From Paraphysomonas bandaiensis (lineage: Eukaryota > Protista > Chrysophyceae), in the NCBI GenBank assembly GCA_965644295.1, contig CBFFRP010000123.1, positions 124,001 to 188,000 on the forward strand: DNA of 64,000 bases. The letters run 5' to 3'. The position numbers and the translations under genes were made by a program. Of the stretch, positions 39,404 through 53,397 are shown piece by piece. Positions within the stretch are counted from its first letter, which is position 1; the number at the start of each line of letters is the position of its first letter. The notes below the pieces were generated by a model, which saw only the letters and a list, made by a program, of their open reading frames with translations, searched no databases and was not told the origin of the DNA.

Positions 39404-42400
39404 ATGAGTAATCATATCACTCATATGGAATTTTATACTCAACGTATCAAACGATTACAGAGTTTATGTACAAGTGCAGGAACTAATGCTCTTGTATTCA
39501 TTCCTGGGCCAGGTATACATGTATATATTAATCAGTATATCTCTAATATATAGAAATTAGATGGAAGACATAATAAAGGAAGTATGTCTCTGTTAAAGTA
39601 TATATTTCAAGGGTCTGTGGGAAAAGATATATATGATGGGGTACTTGATGATAAAAGCGATTGTCTTGAAGAGGTTATATTGATTATTCAAGAGCACACT
39701 GTCTCTATATTTTGGGGGTGCGTTTAAATCATTTATCAGTACAAGGTTGATGCGTATATATATATAGATCTACAGCCAAATCGATTGGTTTCCCTTCATT
39801 ATCTGGTGTCCAGGGCCTGGTTGAATATATTCCAACTCCAGCTGAAGTGGAGAATGTAAATCGTCAATTTGGAATATTTTTGCTTTAACTTTTTAATTAG
39901 GTTGATTTGTATGAGCTCAGAAAATGTAAGGACTTCAAGCGAATGGTTCTTGAGTCTATTCCAGAGGGTGGCGTTGTTGGTATTCCAGTTCCTTTTGGCT
40001 ACGATGATGTTCTGGTATAGTGTAGATATTATGGTGATATCCTTTATATTTGGTACTAGGATATTGAGAGCTGGCCTTTAATTCAAGCCTTTGCGAATGA
40101 CACAGTGCTGTTCCCAACCGGCTTTTTTACGGAACGATATGCTGTTGTAGATATCACTGATTCCTTAGATGTATGTGGGTTCTCAATGTAATAGTCAGCA
40201 CTTTCTTATGATGTACAGGTTATATTTCAAACAGTGGATGGTTTTTACCTTGAAAAGGCAATAGACGTAATAGAGCGTAATATTTTGCCTCAGCATCAGC
40301 AGTGTCTCTCTGTTTTACAAACTTCCTATGGCGAGACCAAAAAATGTCTAACCGCCGATGATATTATAGCACCGTTGGAAATGTTGTTTGAGTTTGGTGA
40401 GATAGATTCTGTGTATCCTGTCGACCCTCAGGTACGACCACAGCTCTATATGAATTATCACTCGGATTATCCGTTTGGAGAATTTGATCCGCTCAGTCGA
40501 TGGAAAAAAGAAACTGTGAGAGACAATTCGTCTGTTATTATTGAGGGTACCGAACCTAGTACGGGAATGAGGTTGGGTACCAAAATGTATATGTTGTGTT
40601 GGCTCACGTACGGTGTTGTATACAGGTGGTGTCGAACGTACTTCCTTCAGCGCGGAAAATTTGTGAATTTAATTCGCGATCCAGATGCGTTGGTCTCATC
40701 CGAAGTGACCGCATCATCCGTATCTGCGGCAAGGACTGATGTTCATGACAATGAACACCTTAAAGCGATAGCAACGCTTGAGTATTTATACTTTAAAGCA
40801 TGGGTGGCATTGAGATGGGCTGTACGAACCGCTTTTAGTGTATGTCATGACGTTCTGGATGCTGGCGATGCTGTACAAGTACGGTATTCTATGCAGCAGG
40901 TTACAATTTTAATTCGTTGTTGCAGAAATACTTGCACGATATTTTGCACTCCAATGGAAGTGCTAACTGCTCGCATTGCACTGACGTTGTCGATGGTTAT
41001 TTTAATGGTAATATTCGAGTCCACATGGACTGTATGAACGCTATTGGACAAGTAGTAAAAATAGAAGATGTAGATGATATGGGTGGACAGGTGCGCTAGA
41101 TTCTAGTCGTCTTTGAATTTTTTATTATTGTTTTCCACAGTGCTGGACCTATATTCGAGTAACCTTAGATGCTCTTAATGGGCCAGGTTCTTCAAAAGCT
41201 ATAGTCGCATTCGGGGATACATTTTTGTTTACCCCTTGTGTCTCGAATCTGTTGTCGTCGGATGCACCGCAGTCGTTGTCGTGTCGCGAAATGTTGTTAA
41301 ACGCACATGTGCACGATGCTTATTGTGTTACGCACTCTATTCCACAATATAACTCCATGCTTTCACATGGTACTGAGGAGAATATGGGAAGACGTATGGC
41401 TGCCTATGCGAAAAGCATGCACACGTATGTACTTGAGAAGATGGTAACCGCCATTTGATATTTTATACAGGTCGCATCCATTCAGTCTTGGATCTTCCAT
41501 TGGCCATGATGCCGGGCTTCTTGAGTTGATATTACTCACAGACCATCATATTAGCCCTGTTGTTGTTGCTAATGCTCGAATGTTTGAGAACGGTTTTGCT
41601 GTTGAACGCATAGATAGCAGCTTTTCGCCATTCATTGTTGTAATGGGATTACATGTTAGCAATGTGTGGACTCTAGATACTAAAGAATGTCTTTCCCATG
41701 CCCGATCTCTCCTTCCAAGTGACGAACAACCACGGCAAGGTATTCTTAGTACATGTGAAGAAGGTCTCGTAGTTATTTTGAAGTTGAAGAGTACCGAAGA
41801 GTTGGAGGCTAATCCAGGTGTTCAGACGGGAATTGAGTGCAACATGGCAGAAAGTGTTTTGTCGAGCTCTTTTTCTTGCGGCCATATTGCCTTTGTCGTT
41901 CCGTCTTCATCAAGATATGCAAAAACATTCACCGAGGCCTACCGGTCCTGGGGAAACTCTATTCGACAGTATGACATTCCACATATTCGTGGTTTCAGCG
42001 ACACTCACTGCTCTCCTCCTTCAGCTGTCCTCTTGTCTTTTATTGTAGCTTGCGATCGTCAGCATACTATCGATAGTGATAGCGAAAAGGTGTATATTCA
42101 TGACGCTGTAGTGGGGGACAATATACGTAGCAGGGTTTCAACAACTCCTGGATCTGGGTATCTTGCCTTAAGGTACAGCAATACACGATATTGTAATATT
42201 CTGCAATGTTCATAGTTTATTATGTAGGGAAAATATTATTCAAAAGGAAGGACTACAACAAGCTGGCGACTTGTCCAGTGTGACGAGGAAAGCGGTAGTT
42301 GTTGCTGGACATTCAGGAAGTGGCGTTTTAAATTTAGCTGCGCAAGTATATGAAAGGCTTAATGGTGAAGATGGCATTGATACTTCGCAATGCACTGTGT

Positions 42401-43767
42401 CGGATATCGTTGTGGTTGAATTGTCGAGCGATGAAGTGAAAAGTGTGCTGGATAATGCAATACAGAAAATTTCTTCGAAGTCTAAGTCGAGATGTGTAGT
42501 ATTTGCTGTTATCGCATCTACGATTGACCAACCGTTGGATGATGTCAAGTGTTATTTTTGTCAACATGACATACAAGTGGTGGCTTCTATCGCAGTGCTC
42601 TCGGTTGATGCGTTACAGTACCCGGCAGAACGGAACGATAAGTTAATTTTGTTGTCTAATTTTTTCATTGTTTAATGTAATCTTTGTAGTTTTTGCGACT
42701 TCGGTAGAGAAAGTTGGATTGCAGGTGCAAAGGCTGCAGTGAATTTCGGTACAGTTAGTACTTTAAGCTTCGTTGTATTGATGGAAACAGCGAAGAACGA
42801 TGAATACCGAGGATATTCTGTTGACTCTGACATATTTCTCATGCTCAAAACTGCAGGCTCGAATGCGACAACAGTAAAAGTTCGACCGAACAGCATGTGG
42901 CTTGACAGCGAAATTATAAGTTCCATATTGGATTCCGTTCATGGGTTAAAAGGTGCTTCTTGTCACCGTAGTAAGTCGTCTGAAGATATTTTGTTCCGTA
43001 AGAATCAAGTTTATCAGTCCCCGGGGCGAAATCTTTCCGATATTACTGTAAAAGTTGAGGCATGGGATTTGCCTGGTTTATGTGCGGTACTTCGTAAACT
43101 TTTTCCTTCGGCACTTTTCAGTAATACTTGTACGAACAATGATTGGGTGGTACCCAGATCGACGGGTAGCCTATCTGGGATTCAGCTTTCCTTTCTCCTT
43201 GCGAAAATAAAGGTATTCTCGAGTCGGCAAAAGCAAGTGTCTTACAGTAAAGTCATGGACACTGTAAGCTCTCTTGAATCTGCCAAGCGCGAGGCTATTT
43301 CTTGTGGGTTACTGAGTTGTCATGCTATTATTGAAATTCCAAACGACTCAGCCCCTCAGCATGCTTTCATTGAGGCATGTGCTGGGTCAATCATTGTAAG
43401 ACCTGTTGGCTCGGTTCCGGTAGGCAGAAAGAATATTCTTTCTGTCACGGGATGTTTTACAGACGATGAAGTGGAGTTCGTTCGTTGCTTGTTTAGCTCC
43501 TGCCGGGTACACGAACTTGAGTTTAAACAACCTGTTACAAGAAAAGATATTGACCCTTCATCCTATGCGCAGATTGAAAAGAGGTTTTCAAACATGCCTG
43601 TACCTTCGGGGTGGTGGTTCGATGGATCTGTTTATGTTGATATGCATGGGACGAGACTGCCACATCGACCAGATATGGCGAATTTGTTGGAGGCACATGC
43701 GGCTGAAATGAATTCGGAGATAGTGAAGTATAACGATATGTTGGCAGATGTTAAGCCTTACTTGTGA
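39404..43767 (+). CDS. DNAAF9: Dynein axonemal assembly factor 9 (Shulin/C20orf194)-like; many exons
   Basis: N-terminal RIKRLQ...LVFIPGPDGRHNKGS...LEEVILII, degenerate P-loop VAGHSGSG, C-terminal PVPSGWWFDGSVYVDMHG...HRPDM...NSEIVKYN. Confidence 0.78.
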
Positions 43768-44462
43768 GATTAGTAGTGAAATATTTGACTGGTACGGCAA
43801 TTGTTCGCCATTTCAACGTGCAACGAAATATTACATGAAGGACAGTTTTCTCAATCATATATGAGTTATTCGGACGACAACTTATTTTAATAATAAGATT
43901 AGTATGAATTTTCGTGAACCTTATTTTTACCCATCGTCTCTTGACCATGGTCGTGTTACACATATATTGAAAAGTAGAAATTAATTTGATATTTATCAAT
44001 GTAATACACAAATAATTATAAAAAACAATGTCTTATTATTTGCAATATGATATGAGGTTGAACCCTATTATGGTAATAAAAACTCTTTTTGAAACAGAAT
44101 ATGTTCAGTATATAGCTATTTTGAAACACACTTTTGTGTCATATGCTTTTCAAGTAATACATATCATGAGTTTACTGAATACAACGCTCTCTGCCCCTTT
44201 TATAACTGCAAGACTATTTTGAAAAATGCTGCTTCATCTGGCGTACATAGGTAGACAAAAACTTCAGAATCTAAGATCAATAAGTATACACAATGCAATC
44301 CTGTTGTGAATCCATACCACATCTGTAATGTGATTAAATCATTATCCGCTAAAAATAAGTGCATGGTTGTCTAATTATTACATTCTACGATATTCAGAAA
44401 GGGTGACAATGTTGAGGATAAGAATAGTCTAGTTAAGAGTTTGTACGATATGTACAGCACGT

Positions 44463-45301
44463 TCAACCTTCTTCTGCGCTGCCTCCTTTCGTGCAAACAT
44501 ACACGTAGTGTACACCGCTTGCATCTTCGGAAGAAGGGACAGCTGCCGCACTTACTGTAGGTTTAGGTACAGTGTGAACGGTTACGTTCCACGAGTAGAC
44601 ATCCTCTTTCTCTAAATAGTTCAGTCTGTTATCTGGTACACCATAGGAAACAATGAAAAAACACCCAGTCGGTTTAAGAACTCTGGACACTTCACCACAC
44701 ATTTTCGCAACATTAGCTGTGGAGCCTTCACCACATAATATTGAATCCATGGTTCCTTTGTCAATAACCACATCGAATGTTTCATCAGGAAAATCCAAGG
44801 AGCATGCATTCATTTGTTGCCATTGTAGTGTTGGCTTATCGCGATATCGTTCAAGCATTTGGTCAATACATACTCTCGAAACATCAATGTTAGTAATTGA
44901 AGTATATCCTAAAAGAAATTATAATAACATAACTGAATAAAGTATAAATGTACCATCTTCGAACATATCTTCAGTGAGACGTGAATTACCACATCCAGAC
45001 ATAAGTATGACGTCCTCCCTCTTCACATACTGAATCAACAAGAGTCAGTGATAGTGTGATATATGATACGATATAAGGAACCTGGTTTATAAGATCACGT
45101 ACACCGGAGTATCTTTGATACCAATCGAATGGTTCTGGGTCTCTGATAGGGACATATGGTTATATATGACATGCAGGCATACACATGCATCACATGCATA
45201 TGTATGTATATATATATAGATGTGATGATATGTAATGACAGTGAGGGGTCTTACTTGGTGTAACGTTCATCCCAATAGTTCGTTTTGCCATACTGTGCCA
45301 T
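44463..45301 (-). CDS. Class I SAM methyltransferase, EEF1AKMT4/METTL13-N-like
   Basis: MAQYGKTNYWDERY..EPFDWYQ, GCGNSRL, TNIDVS, FDVVIDKGTMDSILCG. Confidence 0.9.
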
Positions 45302-45946
45302 GATTTAAAGATAAGTCATACATAAACTGACTGACTGACTGTGTGTCTGACTGAGAACAGGGAATACCACCATCTCTAGAATCAAGATCTAGAATGTACT
45401 GTATATACACAGACAGACATATACATACAGTATACAGCAGTATATACATAAAGTACATACATTGCTACATGTACATACTTCCTTCCTGTGCACCTACGTA
45501 TGTACCTACGTACGTACCACCTACCCACACGTACACAGTACATACATTACATACAGCAGTCTAATTCAGCAGTACTACTTTCAAAATATGCCGTATATTT
45601 CGAAAAAAATGGGTTAGCTATACATATTTCTGACAATAAAGGACTTTCTTTTTCAAAATATCTCGATATTAATGTATGTATGTAAAAATACACAGTATAC
45701 ATAGTCTTGTATCCGTTGATCCTTTCCATTCAAAAAAATAATGCTTTTCATTCAAAAAAAACTGGCATCATATATCCACTGATGGACGTAATAATACATA
45801 CATACACATACACATACACATACATGATGCATCGCTCTGGTGGTGTTTGAACAACTCAAGTTTAAATAGCATACATACTCCCAGTGTATGGTCTTATAGT
45901 GAAACCTCATACACACTATCGTGTTAATTAAACACATAAAATTACA

Positions 45947-47420
45947 ATGAGTTTTGTTATGGAATCAAAACAAGGATTTGGTAGTAAGAACTCCTTTACT
46001 ATGCCTCCACGACAAGTCTACTCTTTCCCTATACTGAAATCATCTGAGATTATGTTATGCTTAAACGAATTAGGAATTACTATATCTGAAGAGGATATTG
46101 CCCATCCAGAGAAAAATAAGGATCAAGTCCGTAGAATATACGAATATCTAACTGAGTTATGCACTGGTATTACACGTGAGGAAATATCACAGCCAGTGTT
46201 TGCTGGATTAAAGCATCTTTCTTTCCCTGATTTACATGAGGATAGTGTTCCTTATATAAATTCGTTTAGAGCATGCCAGAAAATGATGGAAGTTTGTGGG
46301 ATTCATGATTTTACTATAAAGGATTTGATGAGCCCGACTGCGAAGCGTTTTCGTCGCCAATTGTCTGGCATCTTGAATTTTGCTAAGTTTCGTGAGGAGC
46401 GCTTTGCACTGTTGAATGATTTAACTGGGCGCCGTGAAAGTATATTATCAGCTTACAACAAGTCTAAGAATAAATCAGACGAACTTACCCGTAAACTGGC
46501 ACATTTACATGAGCAAACGAAAGAAGAGGTTGATGTGATGGCAGAATTGGAAGCCGACTGCAAAAGAGTTGAAGCCACCATTGGAGAGCTTAATCATAAG
46601 CAGGCTGAGATGCGGGAAGATATTGCTTGTTTGAAATCTGATAACACGAAGCTTAAAGATGCTCTTGCAGCTCGAAACGTATACTTAGAGGAGTTGTACC
46701 ACGGTCGCCGAAAACTGCAGTCACAAATTGTTAGCAGTCCCGCCCGTTTCAGAAAACAAATAACAGATGTCGCAACATGTCTACAAGAAGAGCAACAAAG
46801 TGTTCGCTCATCAGAGAGAAAACACCGGGAGCTACTCGCTTGGTCGCTGTACTTGGATGAATGCTTGGGCGTGGTCAGCGCAGCACAGGACAGTCTTAAT
46901 GACCTCCACGTCGCTGCCAGCAAATACAAAACGGCAATGCAGGAATTGGATGAGTATGATCATCAAGTTGAGCTGAAGCGGGGCAATTTACAAAATTTAG
47001 AGCTGAGTATTCATCAATTGCAACGACAAGGTTCCAGATCTGAAGAAAAAGTCGGTCATATAAGAACACAAGCACAAAACCGAACTCGGGAATCTAGACA
47101 TGCAATTGATCTACTTCACTCCCAAATTGTGAAAGCGGAAAGATTTCGTCAAGAAACGATTGAAAAAGCAGAGAAAATGGAGGCTGATGTCAGACAACTT
47201 CAGAGAGAAATGGGCATGGAGAAGCAATTTCATGATCAGGTACCACTTGTGTAATTGCTATTGCGTTAGTCTAATATTCTCCTAGGAAATTGGTGATATG
47301 ATATCTGCATATCGTAAAGCAGAGAAGCTTGTGTATTCCCATTTAAATGGAATTCATGAGAAGCTTTACCCTGAATCTGATATGAATCTTTCTGCGAATT
47401 TAGATGAACACATTGTGTAA
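45947..47420 (+). CDS. NUF2: Kinetochore protein Nuf2; 2 exons
   Basis: YSFPILKSSEI...DFTIKDLMSPTAKRFRRQLSGILNFAKFREE CH domain, then coiled coil with QIVSSP; last exon 47286-47420. Confidence 0.92.
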
Positions 47421-48078
47421 GTGGATCATCAGTCGAAAGAATTGTGTATTTTAAGTATACATTGGTTGTAACCGATGTCAATATTCCAGAAGTAGTTGCT
47501 GGATATAGTAGCATGCACTCCGATAATAAAACTAGTAATATTTTGTGTCGACCTCATACTACAGCATTTGTTCGAATTATCCATCGTCAAGAATAATAAT
47601 TCTGGATATAGATGTAACGAAATGTCACGCCAAGTACGTAAAATCACAAATATTGTGACAAGGTGGCTAACACTTACAAGCTCTTTCGCCTATTTACGTC
47701 ATTGTTCTACAAAGATTAAGGTAAAGTTTCTCCTATAGATACAATATTCAGGTTGTTGTTGCTAATTGCTAACACTTTCGTGTATTTTATTTTATGGAAA
47801 CATTAGCTCTTAGCCATCAGAACGCGGCTTGTTACTAAAATAAATCAGTATAAATGATACATGCGATTCTTAATTCTCGATTATTCTGGGCGTGGTTTTC
47901 TAATAATTATCGAACTGTTATGAAATAGAATATCAACACTAACATTGTATTCTGTATAAAATACTACGTCTCTGGAAGTAAATAAACTGTGAGAAGCATA
48001 CAATGAATATTAAATAAATATTTTATTTCTGCAGTTTGCTGGAGGGTTATAACACGCAAAACACGAAATGTAACTACA

Positions 48079-49529
48079 TTATTTCAAGACAGAGGTCGCG
48101 AAATTGCATATTCTTTCATCTGGAGGGACTTTTGCTTTTTTGCTCTTTAGAACTCTTTGAAATATATGAGAGGTGTGAAATAACCACAAAATTTCAATTA
48201 TGGCATCGCTCTCTTCCATTTTTCTGATGGCTAACGCCTGCGACGATGCAGACGATGCAGGTGATGAATTTAAAATGTCATCACCGGGCGATGGCTGTGT
48301 ATACTTGACAGAGTATCGCCTTGCAGAGTGGGAAGACCGCCGTTTAGCGGTGCGAGGAACTTCTTCACCAGAAGTTGGGCTGATATCACGCATTTGTGGG
48401 GGCTTTAGAACGTTGCTAAATAGGAGGCTATGGCGAGTGGAATACGAATTGATCGCACGAAGACACTATAAAAAACAGGTGATATATCAACAAGAATTCG
48501 ATCATAAAATACCTTTACGAGAGCGAGTTCTATCTCAGGAGCAAAGTGTATAAAGTACTGTACTATCACAGGCTCAACTTCAGTTGCGTACATGATATTT
48601 CTGATGAGCATAAGGACACGGTATCTGTAGTCGTTCAGTGAAATATTAATCAAATATTGATAAAACTACCTTTCTTCGCCACCATCTGCTTCTTCTGTTA
48701 TTAACTCAATCAAATCCTGAAAAAAATTGCTCTCCATTGTGCCAATACCATGGCAAAGCTTCGCAGTATTCGGGCAATGGTAGGTAAGATCCTCTAGTAA
48801 GCGCAGTACAGTCAACTTGACGTTGGCAAACGGCAAGCTCATTGACTTAAGAAGAATATGTACCATTGCATTCTTGTCCAGGATGTCGCTTTCAGAAATA
48901 ATAGGCTGAACAAAGCAGCGTGACACAATGCTTGCAGTCAAACGCTGAGTCATTACTGAATCGGAACGAAGATACTTCTCAAGGGTGGCAGTAAAGTTGG
49001 GATGATTAGCAATATTAAGAGAACATTCAGGAGAAAGGACAAGTAAATCAATACCATGCAGGGCCATGCCTACTATTTGCCAATGACTGAGTGGGTCCAA
49101 ATTCAACAAATCAATTAATGCCGAACAAACGCCGACATCGTTCATAATCCCAGCATTCTGAGGTGCTTGAACCAAATTCATAATCTTCATCAGTGATATT
49201 TTTACTAGTTGTTTATCATGACTTCGTAATAAAGCGACTAATTTCAGTAAAGAAATCACACTCTTAACGGCGCGTTGAAATACAGTCACTTCCCTATATG
49301 GGTTTTGTCTATCAACCACCACACTCATTCTCCTCACACCCACACCTAATGTATAACGATTTTGACTACTAATATTAGCTGCAAGTGATGATTTTGTACG
49401 ACTTCTTCTACTTTCTAATCCAAGTGTTTGTTTCTCTGTTGTCTCTGTAGAGTAACGCGCATCTTTAGTTACATTCTTCTTTTTTTGACCAGGTTGATTT
49501 AAAGGACGCATAAATGTATCGGTATTCAT
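48079..49529 (-). CDS. ARM/HEAT-like helical repeat protein; 3 exons
   Basis: LVALLRSHDKQLVKISL, GVCSALIDLL, LEKYLRSDSVMTQRLTA; GT-AG introns join three ORFs in frame. Confidence 0.7.
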
Positions 49530-49794
49530 ATTGTGATCTCGTTGTATGGGTATTTAAGATGTTATGTGATGATCATAAGGGGGAGTATAACATCATTTGG
49601 TGTTGTATGTATCTAGCTCTCTCTATATATAGATATCCCTGTAGATGTTATACAAACATACAAACACCTCCTACAGCTGCATATATATATACCTATACCT
49701 ACCTACATACCTACCCATATACGGTATACCCACTACTGCACATACATATCCTACCTAGACTACATACAGAGTACATCCTGCATACAAATGCCAC

Positions 49795-49995
49795 CACCTA
49801 CAGTACAGTACCTACCTACCTACATTACAGAGTACAGTATACGCACCTACCTACAGTACAGTACCTACCTACCTACAGTACAGTACCTACCTACCTACAG
49901 AGTAGAGTATACCTACCTACAGTACAGTACCTACCTACCTAGAGAACAGTATACCGGTATACCTACCTACAGAGTACAGTACCTACCTACCTCCA
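49795..49995. repeat. Compound CTAC / TACAG minisatellite-like tract
   Basis: Repeated ACAGTACAGTACCTACCTACCT units read directly. Confidence 0.85.
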
Positions 49996-50181
49996 TACGT
50001 ACATATAGATAATTTGAAATCAACACACAACTGAACCTTTATTGTTATCTCAGATATCTCCACACATAGAAAGTTATTTCATTAAAGTTATATATCTTCA
50101 TCAACAAGTGTGAGTATTTGTATTATCATCACGACTATAGAATAGATTATTTATCGTGTTACTGGACACGTATTAATAGTG

Positions 50182-50836
50182 ATGCAACAACACTCCAGCG
50201 TTAGTAAAGTATTTGTGTTATTTATACTCCTATGTGCAGATTTAGGGATGAATTGTAGCTTTGATTTTGATGATTATAATCTGGAAGGAAGAGATCTTAT
50301 AGCAGTGCCACTGGCCATTCAATTAGTCATAGAAATATCAGTGTTTCTTATTCTTTTTTTGTCTATGGCAGACACATATTTATTCAGGGTGGGGTTACTT
50401 GGAATACTATTGAAAAAATTCCGATTTGTGTTGTTACTGCATCCATTATACATGGCTTTAACTCTCTTCACGGGAGCATATCGCGTGCAGAAATTGGGAA
50501 GTGATTATGATATCGTGGGATTGTGGAGAGATGATGGTTTCGTAGCACTGTCAGTAATACATAAATTAGGTAAGCTTGCTCAGTGAAATAGATATCTCAA
50601 TGCATTAGCGAAGCATGCAAGTCGTTGTTGTCATGTATCGCGTGTATAATTTTACGAATTGTGTTGACAGTGAGCGTCTTTTACTATGTCATCAATCTTC
50701 GCGCAACTATCCAACTTGGGAGTAATATATATTTTGATCGAACTGTATGGGTCAATTTAGTTAAACAGGTGATGTTTGTATTATCTGTTCGCTGCATTAC
50801 TGTTGACTATTTTTATAGCATAAAGTTGAGGTATAG
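50182..50836 (+). CDS. TMEM138: Ciliary membrane protein TMEM138; 3 exons
   Basis: LCADLGMN, TYLFRVGLLGILLKKF, LWRDDGFVALSVIHKLVSVFYY...ATIQLG. Confidence 0.85.
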
Positions 50837-51401
50837 TGACTGTAATTCTGCCGAGGAGAATGGCAAGTGCTCGCTTGTGTATAAGAGAAGTGTATATTCT
50901 TAATTTGTGGGTGGTTCAGTTTGGTATGTGTGGTGAGAAAGTATTATTGTTGTGCTGTAAGTAAACAAATGTATTTAACTTCTTCATACGACTGCTTTAT
51001 TTTTAGTATGATGAGCAAATACAGTAAGAACTATGGTGTGAGAACTTGATTTCGTAGCTCATTTCTATCAATGCAATTCTGTGAAAAATAATGATAGCAA
51101 CTGAGTTTGTTGTTTAAGGATCCAGTGAAGCTGCCATCAAAGGAGCATACATACATTCAAGTTTGAAACTGAATATGTTTACTGATTTAGTGCACATAGC
51201 AATGGGCAGAAATTGCCACCAGGAATTCGATAAAACGGAGCCTAGATATACACGAAAATCAACTATTATTGTAAGAATACCTAAGTGTGTACTTTATACT
51301 AGTGGAGCTTAGACCCCTGAATAAGAAATGATATTTTGCTATGCTCGCGTTGTTCTGTTCTCAATAAACAAACATCTACCTCACAGCAAGTTCTAGTCCG
51401 T

Positions 51402-52835
51402 TTACATACTGTTCGTCCTGTTCATATCCGTACTACTACGAAACTTTGAGGAATTTGACGATATTGCGCTGCCTCCACCTCCACGTCTTAGTCCCGGTTT
51501 GGGTATGTGAATAAAGTTCACAACGTCGCGTATTGCAAGTGCCCATTGATCCCTCTTTGTACGGGATTCGACCTCCATTACATACGTTGTATCAGCAGTT
51601 TTCATTGTGAAGAAAGCACTGCAGAAAATATCAAGTTATATCGCACTGAATAAGGCTCATGTCATACAAACAAGGGTATGCTATTTTGATAAATACCATA
51701 CAGTATAACATACCTGTCCGGCCCCATATCTTTTGTTTTAAATACATTCTCCGTGGTCCCCTTTGTAATACTGCTGATATCTTGGAAGAGAACCTCGAGT
51801 CCATCAAATTTCTTCGCGGTAGTATTTTTTGCATTCGTAGAAGTAGCAGACGCTCGTCTTGCCTTTACGGATGGTGCAGACATGCCATCTGGAGAAATGA
51901 AGAAGACGAGACCCATACTGTTACTCATCGCCTGTAGCCAAATTCTGAATAGATGAGTGATGCCGGCCGCATCTATATAATGAAGCTTGAATACATGACC
52001 AAATTCGAGTACTTTCATGGCCTCATCATAGCACCAATGCTCTTCCATATACCACTGCACAACCTGTGGCACACGCTGTCCCATCGAAAGGGAGTGTATA
52101 TTACCCGCCCGAATTGCGTCGGATAAAGCCATTCGCCACTCAGTCGCCTCTTGGGCAGTTTCGGCTTCAATCAACAGACCCTTTTCTTCAACTTGCGTGA
52201 GGATCTAAGACATTACATTAGTCAATTATGTACCAGGAGCTAGAGATAAAAATAGAACACGCACCAGTAGTCTGCAAGAGTTGTCTGAAAATTCTTCTAT
52301 TTTAGCGCCCTCTAATGTCACGTATCCTTTCTTTCCCTGACTACTGTATGTCACTGCATGTAACAAGAAATACTACACAGACTTACCCATCTTGATTTTC
52401 TGTACCCCTTTTCGATGCGGGTGCCGCAGATGCATAATACGTCAATACACCATCTGAAAATAAGTTATCAAAAAACTTGCACAATGAGGTATATCATGCA
52501 GCACCTTTCAATACTAAATATCTCCTCTTCCAATTTTTAACAAGATGCCCTTTTTTCTTGACATAACCCATTTTCTGAATATGATTTCCTGCACTGGTAA
52601 GTGTCTTAGCAGTAATAACATTAGCCTCCTTTTGAGCAGGCGCTGTAGGCAATGAGAGCCGTAACTCTGATGGCTCTATAGGGGGCTCGTATTGCGAAAT
52701 ACGGTCAGTTTCATTACTGGAATGTCTATCAGATTTCGTTCTTGATGCAATGATCTTGCTTTCACTTCTCTTTGGATCTATAACAAGAGGGTCCGTATCT
52801 TTATTTCGTCTGCAACAACAGCACAGTATGCTCAT
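51402..52835 (-). CDS. Multi-PH-domain protein with an N-terminal Cys cluster (possible palmitoylation)
   Basis: KMGYVKKKGHLVKNWKRRYLVL, IEAETAQEATEWRMAL, MEVESRTKRDQWALAI; starts MSILCCCCRR. Confidence 0.82.
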
Positions 52836-53397
52836 GATGCAAGATAGATTGATCCCTATGAAATATTGCAGCTATACACCTCACGATGCAAGCAATAATT
52901 AAAGAGAAGCCAATGGCTGGTCCCTTAGATACAAGGGCTCTAATATCCCGATAGCTCTATGCGTCTTCTGGTTATATAGAGCTGTGTATATATATGTATG
53001 TATATGACATATAGAGGCTCTTATTCGATGGTAGACTACAGCTTATACGGTCAATACGCTGTATGGCCTCTGTATGGTGTTGATGGTATGTATGGGGGGG
53101 CTAAGTGGTGATGGTGATGTCTATACACAAAATTCCTGTCAGTACATTCTTCTCGAATACTGCTCTGTATATACGGCTCTAGGATACAGATATCTGTATA
53201 TACGAGTCGTAATGTATGTATGTATGTCTATACTGCATCTGTATGTATATGTATACTCCTGTACATCCATCAGTACATACATGTACAGCAGTATATGCGT
53301 ATATATCATGCAAGAATTCTCGTTAAGGTGATTTATTATCACTATCGACTTATATATACAGAAATACTTGCATCTAACCTGTCTAACATCGATCGAT

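Noticed and set aside
49514-50012. ORFs with TVQYLPTY repeats
   Set aside because: Translations of the CTAC/TACAG repeat tract
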